In this document: positions 40,635 through 50,246 of the stretch, piece after piece
Layout of the letters: every line of letters starts with the position of its first letter
How positions within the stretch are numbered: the stretch's first letter is position 1
DNA from: an uncultured Planctomycetales bacterium
GTDB lineage: Bacteria; Omnitrophota; Gorgyraeia; Zapsychrales; Fredricksoniimonadaceae
Direction of reading: 5' to 3'
Assembly (NCBI GenBank): GCA_964583975.1
Contig: CAZOXU010000001.1
Span: forward strand, 163,552-227,551
DNA: 64,000 nt
Notes under the pieces: model-generated
What the model was told of the DNA's origin: nothing
What the model saw: the letters and a program-made list of their open reading frames with translations, nothing else
The model's database searches: none
Made by a program: the position numbers and the translations under genes

Positions 40635-40708
40635 ATCAATTGTTAAAATATAGCATATTCTTGCCTTTATTCGAGACGTAATATATACTTTTATTGTCTT
40701 ATCACGTT

Positions 40709-41728
40709 ATGATATCTAAAAAAATAGGTCAATCCATTATTGAGTATGTCCTTCTGGCAATGCTGGTCATTGTTGGCACCATTGTCATGGGCCCCTATTT
40801 TATCCGTTCGATTGGTTCCCATTTTCATTTGTGGCAAGAAGCTGTTGACGACTCGATCGATGATCGCATGGTCCAGGCCAAAGGCGTTTCAATTCCCACG
40901 ATCTGTCAATGCGGCCCGCTTCAATCCGGAGCTTGCGGAGGCCATTTTCAAACTTCCAGTGCCAGCTGTCCGGTTGATTCTCGCTATTCTTACACTCCTT
41001 GTTCGCCGCCTGGTTGCGGGTTCACCTCTCCAGGATTTCAAGAAACATGTGTCTTAGATACTAATTTCTGCTGTGCTAACTACCGGCTTTGTTCTAATTT
41101 TTACAATCCAGGCAATCCAGGATGCTGTGGCCGAACTCCTTTAAATAATCCAGGATGTCTCAATAGGCCAGTGGGAGTTGAGTTAAATGCAGTGAATAAC
41201 CCTGGCACGGCCCCTAGCAATTACTCCAACTATTGTTGTTACAATGAAATGGCCCTTATCAATAACTGCTATCAAGATGCTGCTCATTATGCTTTTATTA
41301 AATGTCAACGTGTTCCAGGCCAATGTCAACCGATGTGTACCGGCACGCCTCATGCCCACTCGCATGCTTGTCCCGTTGGTACATTAACTCAAGATAGACC
41401 TTATACTGTGGTTCCAGGAGCTACTTGCCCCGCTCCCGGTGATGCATGTAATGAGATTTGTGATGTTGGGTATCAATGGAATGGTACTGCGTGTGCTACA
41501 CCAATGTACCAAATAGCTAGTAATCCCAATACAAATCCACCTGAACAAGAAACAAACTCCAATAATCTACCTCAAGGTCCTTGGTGCTTTAGCGGAATAG
41601 TCACTTCCATTACTTCAGCTGGAGTTGGATGTAACGTAGGACCCGACCCTAATCCAGGACAAGCTGGATCTGGATCAGGCGCCAATGCTGGACCTCCCGG
41701 ACAAAATTGCTCCTTAGTTGTTAATTAA
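40709..41728 (+). CDS. Cysteine-rich secreted protein with an Flp-pilin / class III signal-peptide leader (candidate hyper-modified pilin-like or RiPP-like precursor)
   Basis: From the ATG at 40709 the product begins MISKKIG|QSIIEYVLLAMLVIVGTIVMG, which fits the Flp prepilin motif G|xxxxEY followed by a hydrophobic helix. The ORF-track start at 40694 is a TTG 15 nt upstream. The mature region of ~310 aa has about 27 Cys (~9-10%), many NPG/PG repeats and Ser/Thr/Asn-rich stretches. Its stop overlaps the start of the kinase gene by 1 nt. Confidence 0.5.
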   Translation: MISKKIGQSIIEYVLLAMLVIVGTIVMGPYFIRSIGSHFHLWQEAVDDSIDDRMVQAKGVSIPTICQCGPLQSGACGGHFQTSSASCPVDSRYSYTPCSPPGCGFTSPGFQETCVLDTNFCCANYRLCSNFYNPGNPGCCGRTPLNNPGCLNRPVGVELNAVNNPGTAPSNYSNYCCYNEMALINNCYQDAAHYAFIKCQRVPGQCQPMCTGTPHAHSHACPVGTLTQDRPYTVVPGATCPAPGDACNEICDVGYQWNGTACATPMYQIASNPNTNPPEQETNSNNLPQGPWCFSGIVTSITSAGVGCNVGPDPNPGQAGSGSGANAGPPGQNCSLVVN

Positions 41729-42705
41729 TGTACTCAAAAACTTCTGCCTCGACCTCTCGCGGAATAAATCCTAAGCTCCTTGCTTCCCCGAAGGATATTA
41801 CTGAGCTCTGCAAATTTTTTAAAATAGGCAAGCTCCAATCTTATGAACAAGAAAAAGATATTCTTCGTTGTCACTTCAATGTATCGATTTTTGTCGTTAC
41901 AACTCAGGGTGAGTTTAGATTTAAGTTCTACCCTTCTCATAGAACCAAAAATATTCTATTCGAATATAAAATTAACCATATTCTGAGGGCTCATCGTTTT
42001 CTGACCCCTTCCATGTACGCTGGCTCTAATCATCGCAGCTTTTTTACCCACAAAAATCATCTTGTTACCTGCTATTCGTATATCGAAGGGTCTGTGTTAG
42101 ATAAAAAACATATCCAACGACCAAAAATCGTTGAACAAATTAACGCTGGCCTACTTTCTTTAAAAAATATTTTAGCTGCTAAATTGCGATCCATTCCTTG
42201 TGAGAGACAAGAAAATTTTGTTACCACCGTTCATATGCTAATCCAAAAACATCGGGCCATGTCTGCATCGAACAAAAAAAAGGTCATTGAAACATCGCTC
42301 CTGGAGATCTGCCGAACCTATCAACACCATCAAACGTTATTTACCCAACAATGGATACATAATGACGCTATTTTAAATAATTTTCTTATTTCTAAAAAAA
42401 CCATCTACACTCTAGATCTCGAACATATCCAGAAAACGTACATACTCACTGATTTAGCAAAACTCGTCATCTCGTGTTTGTCTTTTGATGCTTCCACCTC
42501 AACGATCAAAAACATCGTTAAGAACTACTTCGCTCAACATCAATTAAAACCTCAATATTTGATAGTTCTCGAGACTCTCATTAAAATGTATCTCATTTGG
42601 GAATATTTAGGGGCCTACCAAAACGCAGATATCCATCAACAACGTAAGAAATCTATTACTCAACTCATAGAGAAAATAAACGAAATCCCAGAGCTTATTA
42701 GGTAA
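41728..42705 (+). CDS. Protein kinase-like phosphotransferase (APH/choline-kinase/HSK-II fold)
   Basis: The catalytic-loop-like WIHNDAILNNFLI (HxDxxxxN) is followed by YTLDLEHI (DxE/DFG-like). The gene is translationally coupled to the upstream Cys-rich protein gene. Confidence 0.45.
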   Translation: MYSKTSASTSRGINPKLLASPKDITELCKFFKIGKLQSYEQEKDILRCHFNVSIFVVTTQGEFRFKFYPSHRTKNILFEYKINHILRAHRFLTPSMYAGSNHRSFFTHKNHLVTCYSYIEGSVLDKKHIQRPKIVEQINAGLLSLKNILAAKLRSIPCERQENFVTTVHMLIQKHRAMSASNKKKVIETSLLEICRTYQHHQTLFTQQWIHNDAILNNFLISKKTIYTLDLEHIQKTYILTDLAKLVISCLSFDASTSTIKNIVKNYFAQHQLKPQYLIVLETLIKMYLIWEYLGAYQNADIHQQRKKSITQLIEKINEIPELIR

Positions 42706-42706
42706 T

Positions 42707-43528
42707 TTATTCTCTTCTCTTAGCGCCTTCTAACCAAAGACCGTGAATAATCGCTTTTAGCTTCGAATCATCGATAGGGTCACTGTCTGAAACGATTGGC
42801 GCAGGTGAAGCTCGGTGACCAAAGGCCTTGACCAAAAGAGGACGTACTAATAAAGGAACTTGGACTTCACGAGGAGTATTTAGGTGAGGAATTTGTTGAG
42901 CAATGTCTAATGCACGTAAGAGCTTCTTGTCTTTCTTTAAAGCAACTGGAATGGATTGGGACAATTTGAGCATTGAATCAGAGAGAAATGGAAAAACGAA
43001 GCGACATCCATGCTTCTGGGCCACCTGGTGATGCGCCTGGGTATCAGCCATGGCCCAATCCCAAGCTTGGGTAAAGCGAGGGTCTTCTCGATCGAGCGCC
43101 TGATCACCCAACCACTGATCACTTCCCATTCCAGAGATAAAGGTATCTCCAGCTATTTGAGTATCATATTTCTTGAGTGCCGCATACACAACAGCCAGAT
43201 CGAGGTCTAAGAGAGGTTTGTCTGTCATCGGACAGAGAGCTTCAAACGCAGATAAGAATTCTACAGTCTTAACAGGTAAAATGTGATGTTCAATTCCAAG
43301 TGTCCGGGCACTTTGGATCGAACTTTGCACAGTTAAGGGATTAAAATCTTCAAACTGCACTGTTACAGCAACGATCTTAGCTCCGCAGTGCTGGGCCAAG
43401 CATGCCATAAGCATCGAATCAAAACCGCCGCTAAACATAATGGCCTTGCGAGTGCCTTTAATCTGACCGACACTCTCAATCAGTGTTTCTTGAAGGTTCA
43501 GAAGCGTTTTATCCCCTGCGTTAATCAT
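42707..43528 (-). CDS. PP-loop ATP pyrophosphatase, asparagine-synthetase C-domain-like (amidotransferase/adenylating)
   Basis: AIMFSGGFDSMLMA is an SGGxDS PP-loop. The product is ~270 aa and stands alone. Confidence 0.5.
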   Translation of the reverse strand: MINAGDKTLLNLQETLIESVGQIKGTRKAIMFSGGFDSMLMACLAQHCGAKIVAVTVQFEDFNPLTVQSSIQSARTLGIEHHILPVKTVEFLSAFEALCPMTDKPLLDLDLAVVYAALKKYDTQIAGDTFISGMGSDQWLGDQALDREDPRFTQAWDWAMADTQAHHQVAQKHGCRFVFPFLSDSMLKLSQSIPVALKKDKKLLRALDIAQQIPHLNTPREVQVPLLVRPLLVKAFGHRASPAPIVSDSDPIDDSKLKAIIHGLWLEGAKRRE

Positions 43529-44255
43529 TGCTTATGTCCTTAAACAGCTGTCCTTTCCATCCCTGCTTCACATTTAAAGCAGCCATATACTTAAAAAATT
43601 GAACCAATTCCTTACGCGAAGCTGCAGTTTTAAAATCAGCGTGATGAGTCACTACCCCTGCAATCGAATGAGCAGCCACACTCTTAACGAGGTTAGCAAT
43701 TACTTCCGAGGCTTTATAAACACTGGTTTCACCCAAATCATATCGACTAAAAGAGACTTGAACTGACAAATCAATGAAACGTCGCTTGATTCCTCTTGAA
43801 GGATAGCCTGCAGAGAAAATCTTAAAGCCTTCTTCTTTGAGAATCCGTAAGGTGCGTTCATCATAGCCATGATATGGTGGGACAAAGGCGCGAGTGAAAT
43901 ATTCTCCAAAAGCTTGCTGCATCTTTCTTAACCCTTGTTGAATATCTTCACGCTGAGATTTTAGTGATCGCAAAGGTCCAAACTCATATTTGGTGCCGAT
44001 CTTCTTAGAATAATTCTTATGCATCCATCCATGCTGGACAATATCAAGTAAATGGGGATTTCTGGCCTTGGCTTGGCAGAGAAATCGAACTGTCGGTTCA
44101 TCAATTTTGCCCGGGATCACGGCATGAATTACAGGAATCTTATGCTTGATCGCTAAATCAAAGAAGTAACGAAACTCTCGATCCAGCGTCCAGGGATCAT
44201 CGTTCCTGATAAAAAAACGTGCACTCGTCATATTATTAAGTATACTATTTTTCAC
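43521..44255 (-). CDS. Polysaccharide-deacetylase-like (NodB homology / CE4-like) hydrolase
   Basis: FIRNDDPW (DD motif) and VQHGWMH (His pair) are spaced as in NodB-domain motifs 1 and 2. This is a tentative call. Confidence 0.35.
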   Translation of the reverse strand: MKNSILNNMTSARFFIRNDDPWTLDREFRYFFDLAIKHKIPVIHAVIPGKIDEPTVRFLCQAKARNPHLLDIVQHGWMHKNYSKKIGTKYEFGPLRSLKSQREDIQQGLRKMQQAFGEYFTRAFVPPYHGYDERTLRILKEEGFKIFSAGYPSRGIKRRFIDLSVQVSFSRYDLGETSVYKASEVIANLVKSVAAHSIAGVVTHHADFKTAASRKELVQFFKYMAALNVKQGWKGQLFKDISND

Positions 44256-44261
44256 AAAACA

Positions 44262-45461
44262 ATGCGCGTCTTATTCCATTACACTCATAAACAAACCCTC
44301 GGACATACCACCAGAAGCGTTGCTCTTTGCAATGCTATTTTACATCATAAAGCTGATCTTCTGATCCTCCAAGGCGGGGTGCCGCAGCCTTTTATTCATT
44401 TTCCCAAAGGCGCTCGAGTCCTAGATATTCCTTCACCATTTGATGATCGTCGCAGTTTTCAAACGCTTCCAGCTGCTGTATCAGCAGCTCAACGGGCCCA
44501 ATTTATCCTCAAAGTGGCAGAAGAATTTGCTCCCGATGTTTTTATTACAGAATTCTTTCCCTTTGGCAGAATGGCCTACATGTCCGAACTTCTGCCGACC
44601 TTACGCACCTTACGTAAAAAAGGCACTCGCATTATAGCTAGTATTGGCTATCCCTTTCTGGCGGAATTAAATCGGATCGAGGATCCTAAACAAGCTGAGC
44701 TTCAGCAAGCCCTCTTTGCCTTCTATGATCGATTCTTAATTCATACACCTAAGGATCTCGAGACTCCTTACATCAAAAAGAGCATTGCCTCGCCAACGCT
44801 TGCCAAGTTATACACCCGAGTCCTCAAGGATTTAGCGAAGAAAATTGTTTATACAGGCTATGTCTACCCTGAAAAAATCATGACTGGTGGCGGTCAGCTG
44901 CCGACGTTTAAGAAATCAACGAACACCATTGTTGTTTCGCGTGGCGGTGGTGCGGTTTATCCTAAACTTATTACAGCAGCGATCGAAGCGCAACGTCAAC
45001 TGGATCAAACCTACCAAACCATCCTTGCCTGCGGGCCAACCACCACCGAGGCAGAAATGAAGTTATTTCAATCTTACATTAAGCCTCAAGATAAAAATCG
45101 TATCCATCTTGTCAGTCACCTGGATAATCTCGATGATCACTTAAGTCAATGCCATGTTTCGGTGAGTCTGTCGGGATATAACACCTCGGTGCAATTGATG
45201 CGCCATGGCACACCATCGGTGATTGTCCCTTACAGAAATACCCTTGCTAAAATCTCAACGAGCGATCAGGTTGCTCGAGCTGCACTTTTGCAAGCAAAGT
45301 TTCAAAGCACCATCCTTGATTATGAGAGCTTAACTGAAAACTCCCTTGCTAGCGCCATCCAAAAACAGATAAGCCAGCCACGACCCAAGGCCGCACCTGC
45401 CAACTGGTTTAAAGGCGCTGATCATTCGGCACGTATTATCGTTGAAGATACTCGAGATTGA
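44262..45461 (+). CDS. GT-B fold glycosyltransferase (GT1/GT28-like), paralog of 62600..63826
   Basis: The N-terminus is MRVLFHYTHKQTLGHTTRSVAL. The internal VVSRGGGAVYPKLITAAIEA block is shared almost verbatim with the 62600..63826 product (VVRGGGAVYPKVIAEAIRA). Confidence 0.4.
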   Translation: MRVLFHYTHKQTLGHTTRSVALCNAILHHKADLLILQGGVPQPFIHFPKGARVLDIPSPFDDRRSFQTLPAAVSAAQRAQFILKVAEEFAPDVFITEFFPFGRMAYMSELLPTLRTLRKKGTRIIASIGYPFLAELNRIEDPKQAELQQALFAFYDRFLIHTPKDLETPYIKKSIASPTLAKLYTRVLKDLAKKIVYTGYVYPEKIMTGGGQLPTFKKSTNTIVVSRGGGAVYPKLITAAIEAQRQLDQTYQTILACGPTTTEAEMKLFQSYIKPQDKNRIHLVSHLDNLDDHLSQCHVSVSLSGYNTSVQLMRHGTPSVIVPYRNTLAKISTSDQVARAALLQAKFQSTILDYESLTENSLASAIQKQISQPRPKAAPANWFKGADHSARIIVEDTRD

Positions 45462-46422
45462 ATTTCTTTAAAAAACCATGGTAGGCAAAACAACGAGGAC
45501 AATCGCCCTTGGCTGCAGCTTCACTATGTTGCTTTCTGATCGGATCTAATTGCTCAGGCAAGGATCCATCAAAGCCAACCTGGCCCGCTGGTGAGAGATA
45601 AAGACACGGATAAACATTACGCCTGGAATTAATAAACAACGATTTGGCAGGTGTAGCACAAGCTCGAATACATTGCCTTCCACCTTCTAATAAAACCATG
45701 CTGGCTTCAACCAATTTCCTATCGACTCCTGGATAGTTATCTTTAAGGATCTCATTAATCTGAGCTTGCACGCTTCGAACCATGTCAGGGCCTATGGCTG
45801 CTAATGTATCTGTATTAAGCATCGAATGGCGATGATAATAATCTTCAACACCTGATTCCATGATCTTAGGTGAAAATCTGGCTTTAAACTGGCGAGCTAA
45901 TTGATAGACATCCTTGATCTCAAGATAATTGAGTTGATTGATCGTAAATTTAAATTCCATCTCAACATCTTGGCCATGATTCTCTGCGAGCCATTGAATG
46001 GTCTTGATCGTCTTGGCATAAGCTCCTGGCCCACGCAAACGATCGTGGGTAGCTGGGAGGCCATCAATGCTGATACCCATATCTATCCCCTTCAAGAACG
46101 GGCCATAATTCGTAAAAACCCGACGGACGCCTTCAAAATACGCTGCATTGCTGTACACCCCAAAACTTCGAATGGCTCCTTGAGTACGCAATAAAGATAA
46201 CGCTTTTAACAAACGACCACAGTTACGATTTAAAAATGGTTCGCCACCTGTAATCGATACCGAGAAAATCTGATAACGTTCTAAGAGCTCACGCATCATG
46301 CGTACAACCATCGAAGCGGTCATTTCATGGCGCTCTTTTTCCGCCCATATGCCACAATGCTGACAGTGCAGTTGGCAATGATTGGTTATTTCAACGGTGA
46401 CATTCTCAAGTACGGGCTTCAT
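45436..46422 (-). CDS. Radical SAM / SPASM-domain enzyme (peptide-maturase type)
   Basis: The cluster CQLHCQHCG (CxxxCxxC), GGEPFL and C-terminal Cys arrays CIRAC...YPCLY...GDCPRCF are SPASM-like. Confidence 0.65.
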   Translation of the reverse strand: MKPVLENVTVEITNHCQLHCQHCGIWAEKERHEMTASMVVRMMRELLERYQIFSVSITGGEPFLNRNCGRLLKALSLLRTQGAIRSFGVYSNAAYFEGVRRVFTNYGPFLKGIDMGISIDGLPATHDRLRGPGAYAKTIKTIQWLAENHGQDVEMEFKFTINQLNYLEIKDVYQLARQFKARFSPKIMESGVEDYYHRHSMLNTDTLAAIGPDMVRSVQAQINEILKDNYPGVDRKLVEASMVLLEGGRQCIRACATPAKSLFINSRRNVYPCLYLSPAGQVGFDGSLPEQLDPIRKQHSEAAAKGDCPRCFAYHGFLKKFNLEYLQR

Positions 46423-47407
46423 TTTCCACCATTCGACCTAAGGCCAGGGCCCGGTTTATATTTCTTTCATAAAAAGGACATGTCAGACAAGCTTTAAACA
46501 TTTTCTGGACATGGCCATATTTTCCTAAACTACGAAGTTCATTCATCTGCTCTGATAGCCAAAATTCCTTAAAACCTGATTGATCAAAATCACTACTTCG
46601 CATCTTAGCAATACGGTAGCAATAACTATAGTTATCATCGACATTCACAATCGAGTGAAACCAGCCATTCAAGCAGCTCGGAGGAGTCCGCTTAATCTCT
46701 CCTCCCATATCTCCAGGATGTCCTTCAGGCAAAGCAAATTCCTTGTTATACGGCACCTCATTCATTCGTCCGTAATAAACTGAATTGACTCGCAATTGGG
46801 CAGCTAGCTCTCTCATTTTCTGGTGTTCGTTAATATTGCCTGTATGAAGAATGTAGGCAATTTCGATATGAAAATCAGGCTTGATCGAGTCACGCAGGGC
46901 CACAAAACGTCGAATATTATTAATCACCCGATCAAAAAGGTCCTTGCCTTGCAAATCGATAAAGTGCTGGCGATCGACCGCGCCTAGATTGACCACCACA
47001 TGATCGCCTTTAATAATTTCATCACATAACTCTTCTGGAAAGGTGGCGTTGGTAAACAGCTTGACGCTCAGCGGCTTCTCTGCCAAATAGCGCATCATGT
47101 CTTTAAACAAAGGATGTAAGGTTGGCTCGCCTGAACCGACAATTTGAATTTGATCTACATTAAGCTCAACCGCATCATCAACAATCCCCACAAATTTCTC
47201 CCAGGGAAAATGATGTGCTTTCTCTAAATGAGCTGGGTTACCATTACCGTGGATCCAACAATACTGACAAGTTAGATTGCACGAATTGGTAAAACCTATC
47301 CCTATCACCTCAGGACCAATATAGGCTTTATTATCACGGGCCCCGGCAATCCTCAATAAATACCGTCGTTTTAATTCTGCAGCATCAATAATCATTGTTG
47401 TCCTCAA
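46406..47407 (-). CDS. Radical SAM enzyme, tandem paralog A (with a C-terminal 4-Cys auxiliary motif)
   Basis: CNLTCQYC and GSGEPTLHP are present. The C-terminal Cys residues are in CLNGWF, ..YCY.. and KACLTCPFYE. The N-terminal MIIDAAELKRRY..RIAGARDNKAYIGPE is shared by the four tandem copies. Confidence 0.65.
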   Translation of the reverse strand: MRTTMIIDAAELKRRYLLRIAGARDNKAYIGPEVIGIGFTNSCNLTCQYCWIHGNGNPAHLEKAHHFPWEKFVGIVDDAVELNVDQIQIVGSGEPTLHPLFKDMMRYLAEKPLSVKLFTNATFPEELCDEIIKGDHVVVNLGAVDRQHFIDLQGKDLFDRVINNIRRFVALRDSIKPDFHIEIAYILHTGNINEHQKMRELAAQLRVNSVYYGRMNEVPYNKEFALPEGHPGDMGGEIKRTPPSCLNGWFHSIVNVDDNYSYCYRIAKMRSSDFDQSGFKEFWLSEQMNELRSLGKYGHVQKMFKACLTCPFYERNINRALALGRMVENEART

Positions 47408-47416
47408 TAAAACCCA

Positions 47417-48319
47417 TCACGCAAAATTTCTACCTACTCCTTGAACCTGACCCGATTTTCCTAAAAGACGTAATTTCATCATTTCTGGTGATAGCCAGAA
47501 CGCTTTTAAAGAATCCTGGTCAAAATCACTGCCAGAATCTTTATAACAACTATTAAACTTACCGTCCGATGTCAGTAATACAAAAAACCAACCATTTAAT
47601 CCTCTGGGAGGATTTTCTTTGCGATAAATATCTAACTCAGGATATTCTGACAAGGCAATGTTTTGATTATATGTATATGGCCTCATTTTTTGAAAATCGA
47701 CCAAATTAACTCCTAGTTGAGAACTCAACTCTTTCATCCGTTGCATTTCATTAACATTCAAAGCATTAACGATATAAGCAATTTCAATCTCAAATTCAGG
47801 TTTATGAGCATCGCGCATCAATACTAACTGTCGGATATTGGCTACCACTCTGTCAAAAAAATCTTTTCCCTGCAACTCGTGATAATGTTGTTTATCCACT
47901 GAACTAAGATTAACAATTACCTTATCAGCCTTGATGACATCTGAACAAAAATCAATAGGAAAGGTCGCATTGGTGAATACTTTTACATACAGTGGTTGAT
48001 TTTCTAAATGTCGCATCATATCTCGAAAAGATGGATGGATCGTGGGTTCTCCTGTTCCCATCACAGTCACCTGATCAACATTAAGATCAACACAATCACG
48101 AATGGTTTCAAGAAATCTTTCCCAAGAAAGGAATTGGGCTTTATTAAAATGAGCTGGATTTCCAAGAGAGTGATCAGCATAACAAAACTGGCATCTAATG
48201 TTACAGGCATTGGTAAGTTCGATCGTAACGATTTCAGGGCCAATGTAAGCTTTATGATCGCGCACACCCATCAGGCGTCGTTCATAGCGGCATTTTAACT
48301 CTGTAGCATCAATGATCAT
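47417..48319 (-). CDS. Radical SAM enzyme, tandem paralog B (C-terminal Cys motif lost)
   Basis: CNIRCQFC and GTGEPTIHP are present. The product ends ..GKSGQVQGVGRNFA without the CxxC. No frameshifted continuation is visible. Confidence 0.6.
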   Translation of the reverse strand: MIIDATELKCRYERRLMGVRDHKAYIGPEIVTIELTNACNIRCQFCYADHSLGNPAHFNKAQFLSWERFLETIRDCVDLNVDQVTVMGTGEPTIHPSFRDMMRHLENQPLYVKVFTNATFPIDFCSDVIKADKVIVNLSSVDKQHYHELQGKDFFDRVVANIRQLVLMRDAHKPEFEIEIAYIVNALNVNEMQRMKELSSQLGVNLVDFQKMRPYTYNQNIALSEYPELDIYRKENPPRGLNGWFFVLLTSDGKFNSCYKDSGSDFDQDSLKAFWLSPEMMKLRLLGKSGQVQGVGRNFA

Positions 48320-49296
48320 ACCTTATTCTCTTCTAGCGCAGCCTGCGCACGTTGAATATTCTCATCGTAAGATGGACATTTTTGACAAGCTTTGTATTTT
48401 TTCTGTGTATGTCCATATTTTCCCAAAAGCCGTATCTTATCCATATGAGACGAGAACCAATATTGTTTCAAAGACCACTTATTTAAATCTCCGAAACCCA
48501 GCTGAGAAATCATATAACAGTTAGTAAAATTACCGCCGGACATAATGAGAATATAAAACCAACCATTCAAACAAGCCTCGGGAGACCTTGCTCCATCACT
48601 CGTTAAATCTCGACTCAAGCTTTCTGGCACGATAATGTCTCGGTTATACTCAGTGACAATCATTTTTCTATAATCCACCCGATTGACACCTAGCTCGTCT
48701 GCCAAATCGTTCATCTGTGGTATTTGATTAAAATTAACTGTGTTCACAATATAAGCGATTTCTATTTTAAAGCCGGGTTTGGCAGCATCGCGCATAGCCA
48801 CAAGACGCTTAATATTGGCTACGACTCGATCGAATAAGTCTTTGCCCTTCATCTGAATATAATGTTCTCGATTAACAGCACTGAGATTAATGATGACATG
48901 ATCGACCTTAAATACCTCGGCACAAAGATCCAAAGGAAACGCTGCATTCGTATGCAATTTAATGTACAAGGGTTGATTCTCCACATGTCGCATCATCTGC
49001 CGAAATGATGGATGTAAGGTTGGCTCACCTGAGCCAACAATAGTCATTTCATCAACTTTCATCTCAACACAATCATCGACAATCCCCTGAAACTTTTCTA
49101 GAGACAAAAAATGGGCCTTATCAAAATGAGCTGGATTTCCAGGCGCATGTTCGGTGACACAAAACTGACAGCGCACATTACAGGCATTGGTGAGCTCGAG
49201 CGTTACATTTTCAGGTCCAATATAAACCTTATTATTACGCACTCCGGAGATGCGTTGGGTGTGTCGATGTTTTAATTCTAGAGGATCAATAATCAT
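48316..49296 (-). CDS. Radical SAM enzyme, tandem paralog C (C-terminal CxxC retained)
   Basis: CNVRCQFC and GSGEPTLHP are present, with C-terminal CLNGWF ... KACQKCPSYDE. Confidence 0.65.
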   Translation of the reverse strand: MIIDPLELKHRHTQRISGVRNNKVYIGPENVTLELTNACNVRCQFCVTEHAPGNPAHFDKAHFLSLEKFQGIVDDCVEMKVDEMTIVGSGEPTLHPSFRQMMRHVENQPLYIKLHTNAAFPLDLCAEVFKVDHVIINLSAVNREHYIQMKGKDLFDRVVANIKRLVAMRDAAKPGFKIEIAYIVNTVNFNQIPQMNDLADELGVNRVDYRKMIVTEYNRDIIVPESLSRDLTSDGARSPEACLNGWFYILIMSGGNFTNCYMISQLGFGDLNKWSLKQYWFSSHMDKIRLLGKYGHTQKKYKACQKCPSYDENIQRAQAALEENKV

Positions 49297-49304
49297 AATA
49301 TTCT

Positions 49305-50246
49305 CTACTGATCAACCAACTGATGATTGAGACGAAACTGTCTTTCAAATGCCCTGATTTGACCATTCTTTCCTAATAGCCGCAATTTCATCATTTGAGT
49401 CGAAAGCCAAAAGTCTTTCAAAGAGTACTTATCAAAACCCCCTAGACTCCCCTCAGGAATTTGATAAAAAGGATCAAAGTTACCCTCTGTTCCAACTAAT
49501 ATATAAAACCAACCATTCAAAGATGATGGAGGAAATATGATTTCTTCATATTCTGCTTCTGTTTTTAAATCTTCAGGTATGGCTACAGACTGGTTATATT
49601 CATGTACTTTCATCTTTTTAAAAAAGACGGAATTAACACCTAATTCTGCGACGAGTTCCTGCATTCTTTGTTTTTGATGAATATTCATCATGTTCATCAC
49701 ATAATCAATCTCAATATGAAACCCTGGCTTCATGGTATTGCGCAAGGCAACCAAACGTTTAATATTGGCAATGACTCGATCGAAAAAGTCTTTTCCTTGT
49801 AATAGCCGATATTGTTCTTGATCAACGGCGCCGAGATTAACCACAACGTGGTCGCCTTTGATGACATCGGAACAATAATCTAAATCAAAAGCTCCGTTGG
49901 TAACTAGAACGACCCTGATGGGTTGTTGTTCTAAATGTCGCATCATCTCTCTAAAGGATGGATGCATGGTTGGTTCCCCTGAACCTATCAGGGTGATCTG
50001 ATCAACCTTTAATTCCACACAATCACGGACTATTTCCACAAATTTCTCCCATGACAAAAAACGGGCCTTATCAAAATGAGCCGGGTTTCCAGGAGAATGA
50101 TCGGTAATACAGTACTGGCATCGAAGATTACAGACATTGGTCAGTTCCAATGTCACAATCTCAGGTCCGATGTACACTTGATGATCGCGTACGCCTGCAA
50201 TCCTTTGCAAGTATCGTTGTTTTAATTCCGCAGCATCAATGATCAT
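49305..50246 (-). CDS. Radical SAM enzyme, tandem paralog D (C-terminal Cys motif absent)
   Basis: CNLRCQYC and GSGEPTMHP are present. The product ends ..GKNGQIRAFERQFRLNHQLVDQ. Confidence 0.6.
   Translation of the reverse strand: MIIDAAELKQRYLQRIAGVRDHQVYIGPEIVTLELTNVCNLRCQYCITDHSPGNPAHFDKARFLSWEKFVEIVRDCVELKVDQITLIGSGEPTMHPSFREMMRHLEQQPIRVVLVTNGAFDLDYCSDVIKGDHVVVNLGAVDQEQYRLLQGKDFFDRVIANIKRLVALRNTMKPGFHIEIDYVMNMMNIHQKQRMQELVAELGVNSVFFKKMKVHEYNQSVAIPEDLKTEAEYEEIIFPPSSLNGWFYILVGTEGNFDPFYQIPEGSLGGFDKYSLKDFWLSTQMMKLRLLGKNGQIRAFERQFRLNHQLVDQ

Noticed and set aside
42707-43528. Calling the PP-loop protein a lasso-peptide cyclase
   Set aside because: Lasso cyclases are ~500-600-aa Asn-synthetase homologs with a glutaminase-like N-domain. 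This protein is 273 aa, and only the SGGxDS adenylation motif is evident. It is kept as a generic PP-loop ATPase.
47417-48319. Radical SAM paralog B as a frameshifted pseudogene
   Set aside because: No alternative frame continues into a CxxC-containing tail. The stop lies 10 nt before the next gene start, so the shorter C-terminus appears genuine.
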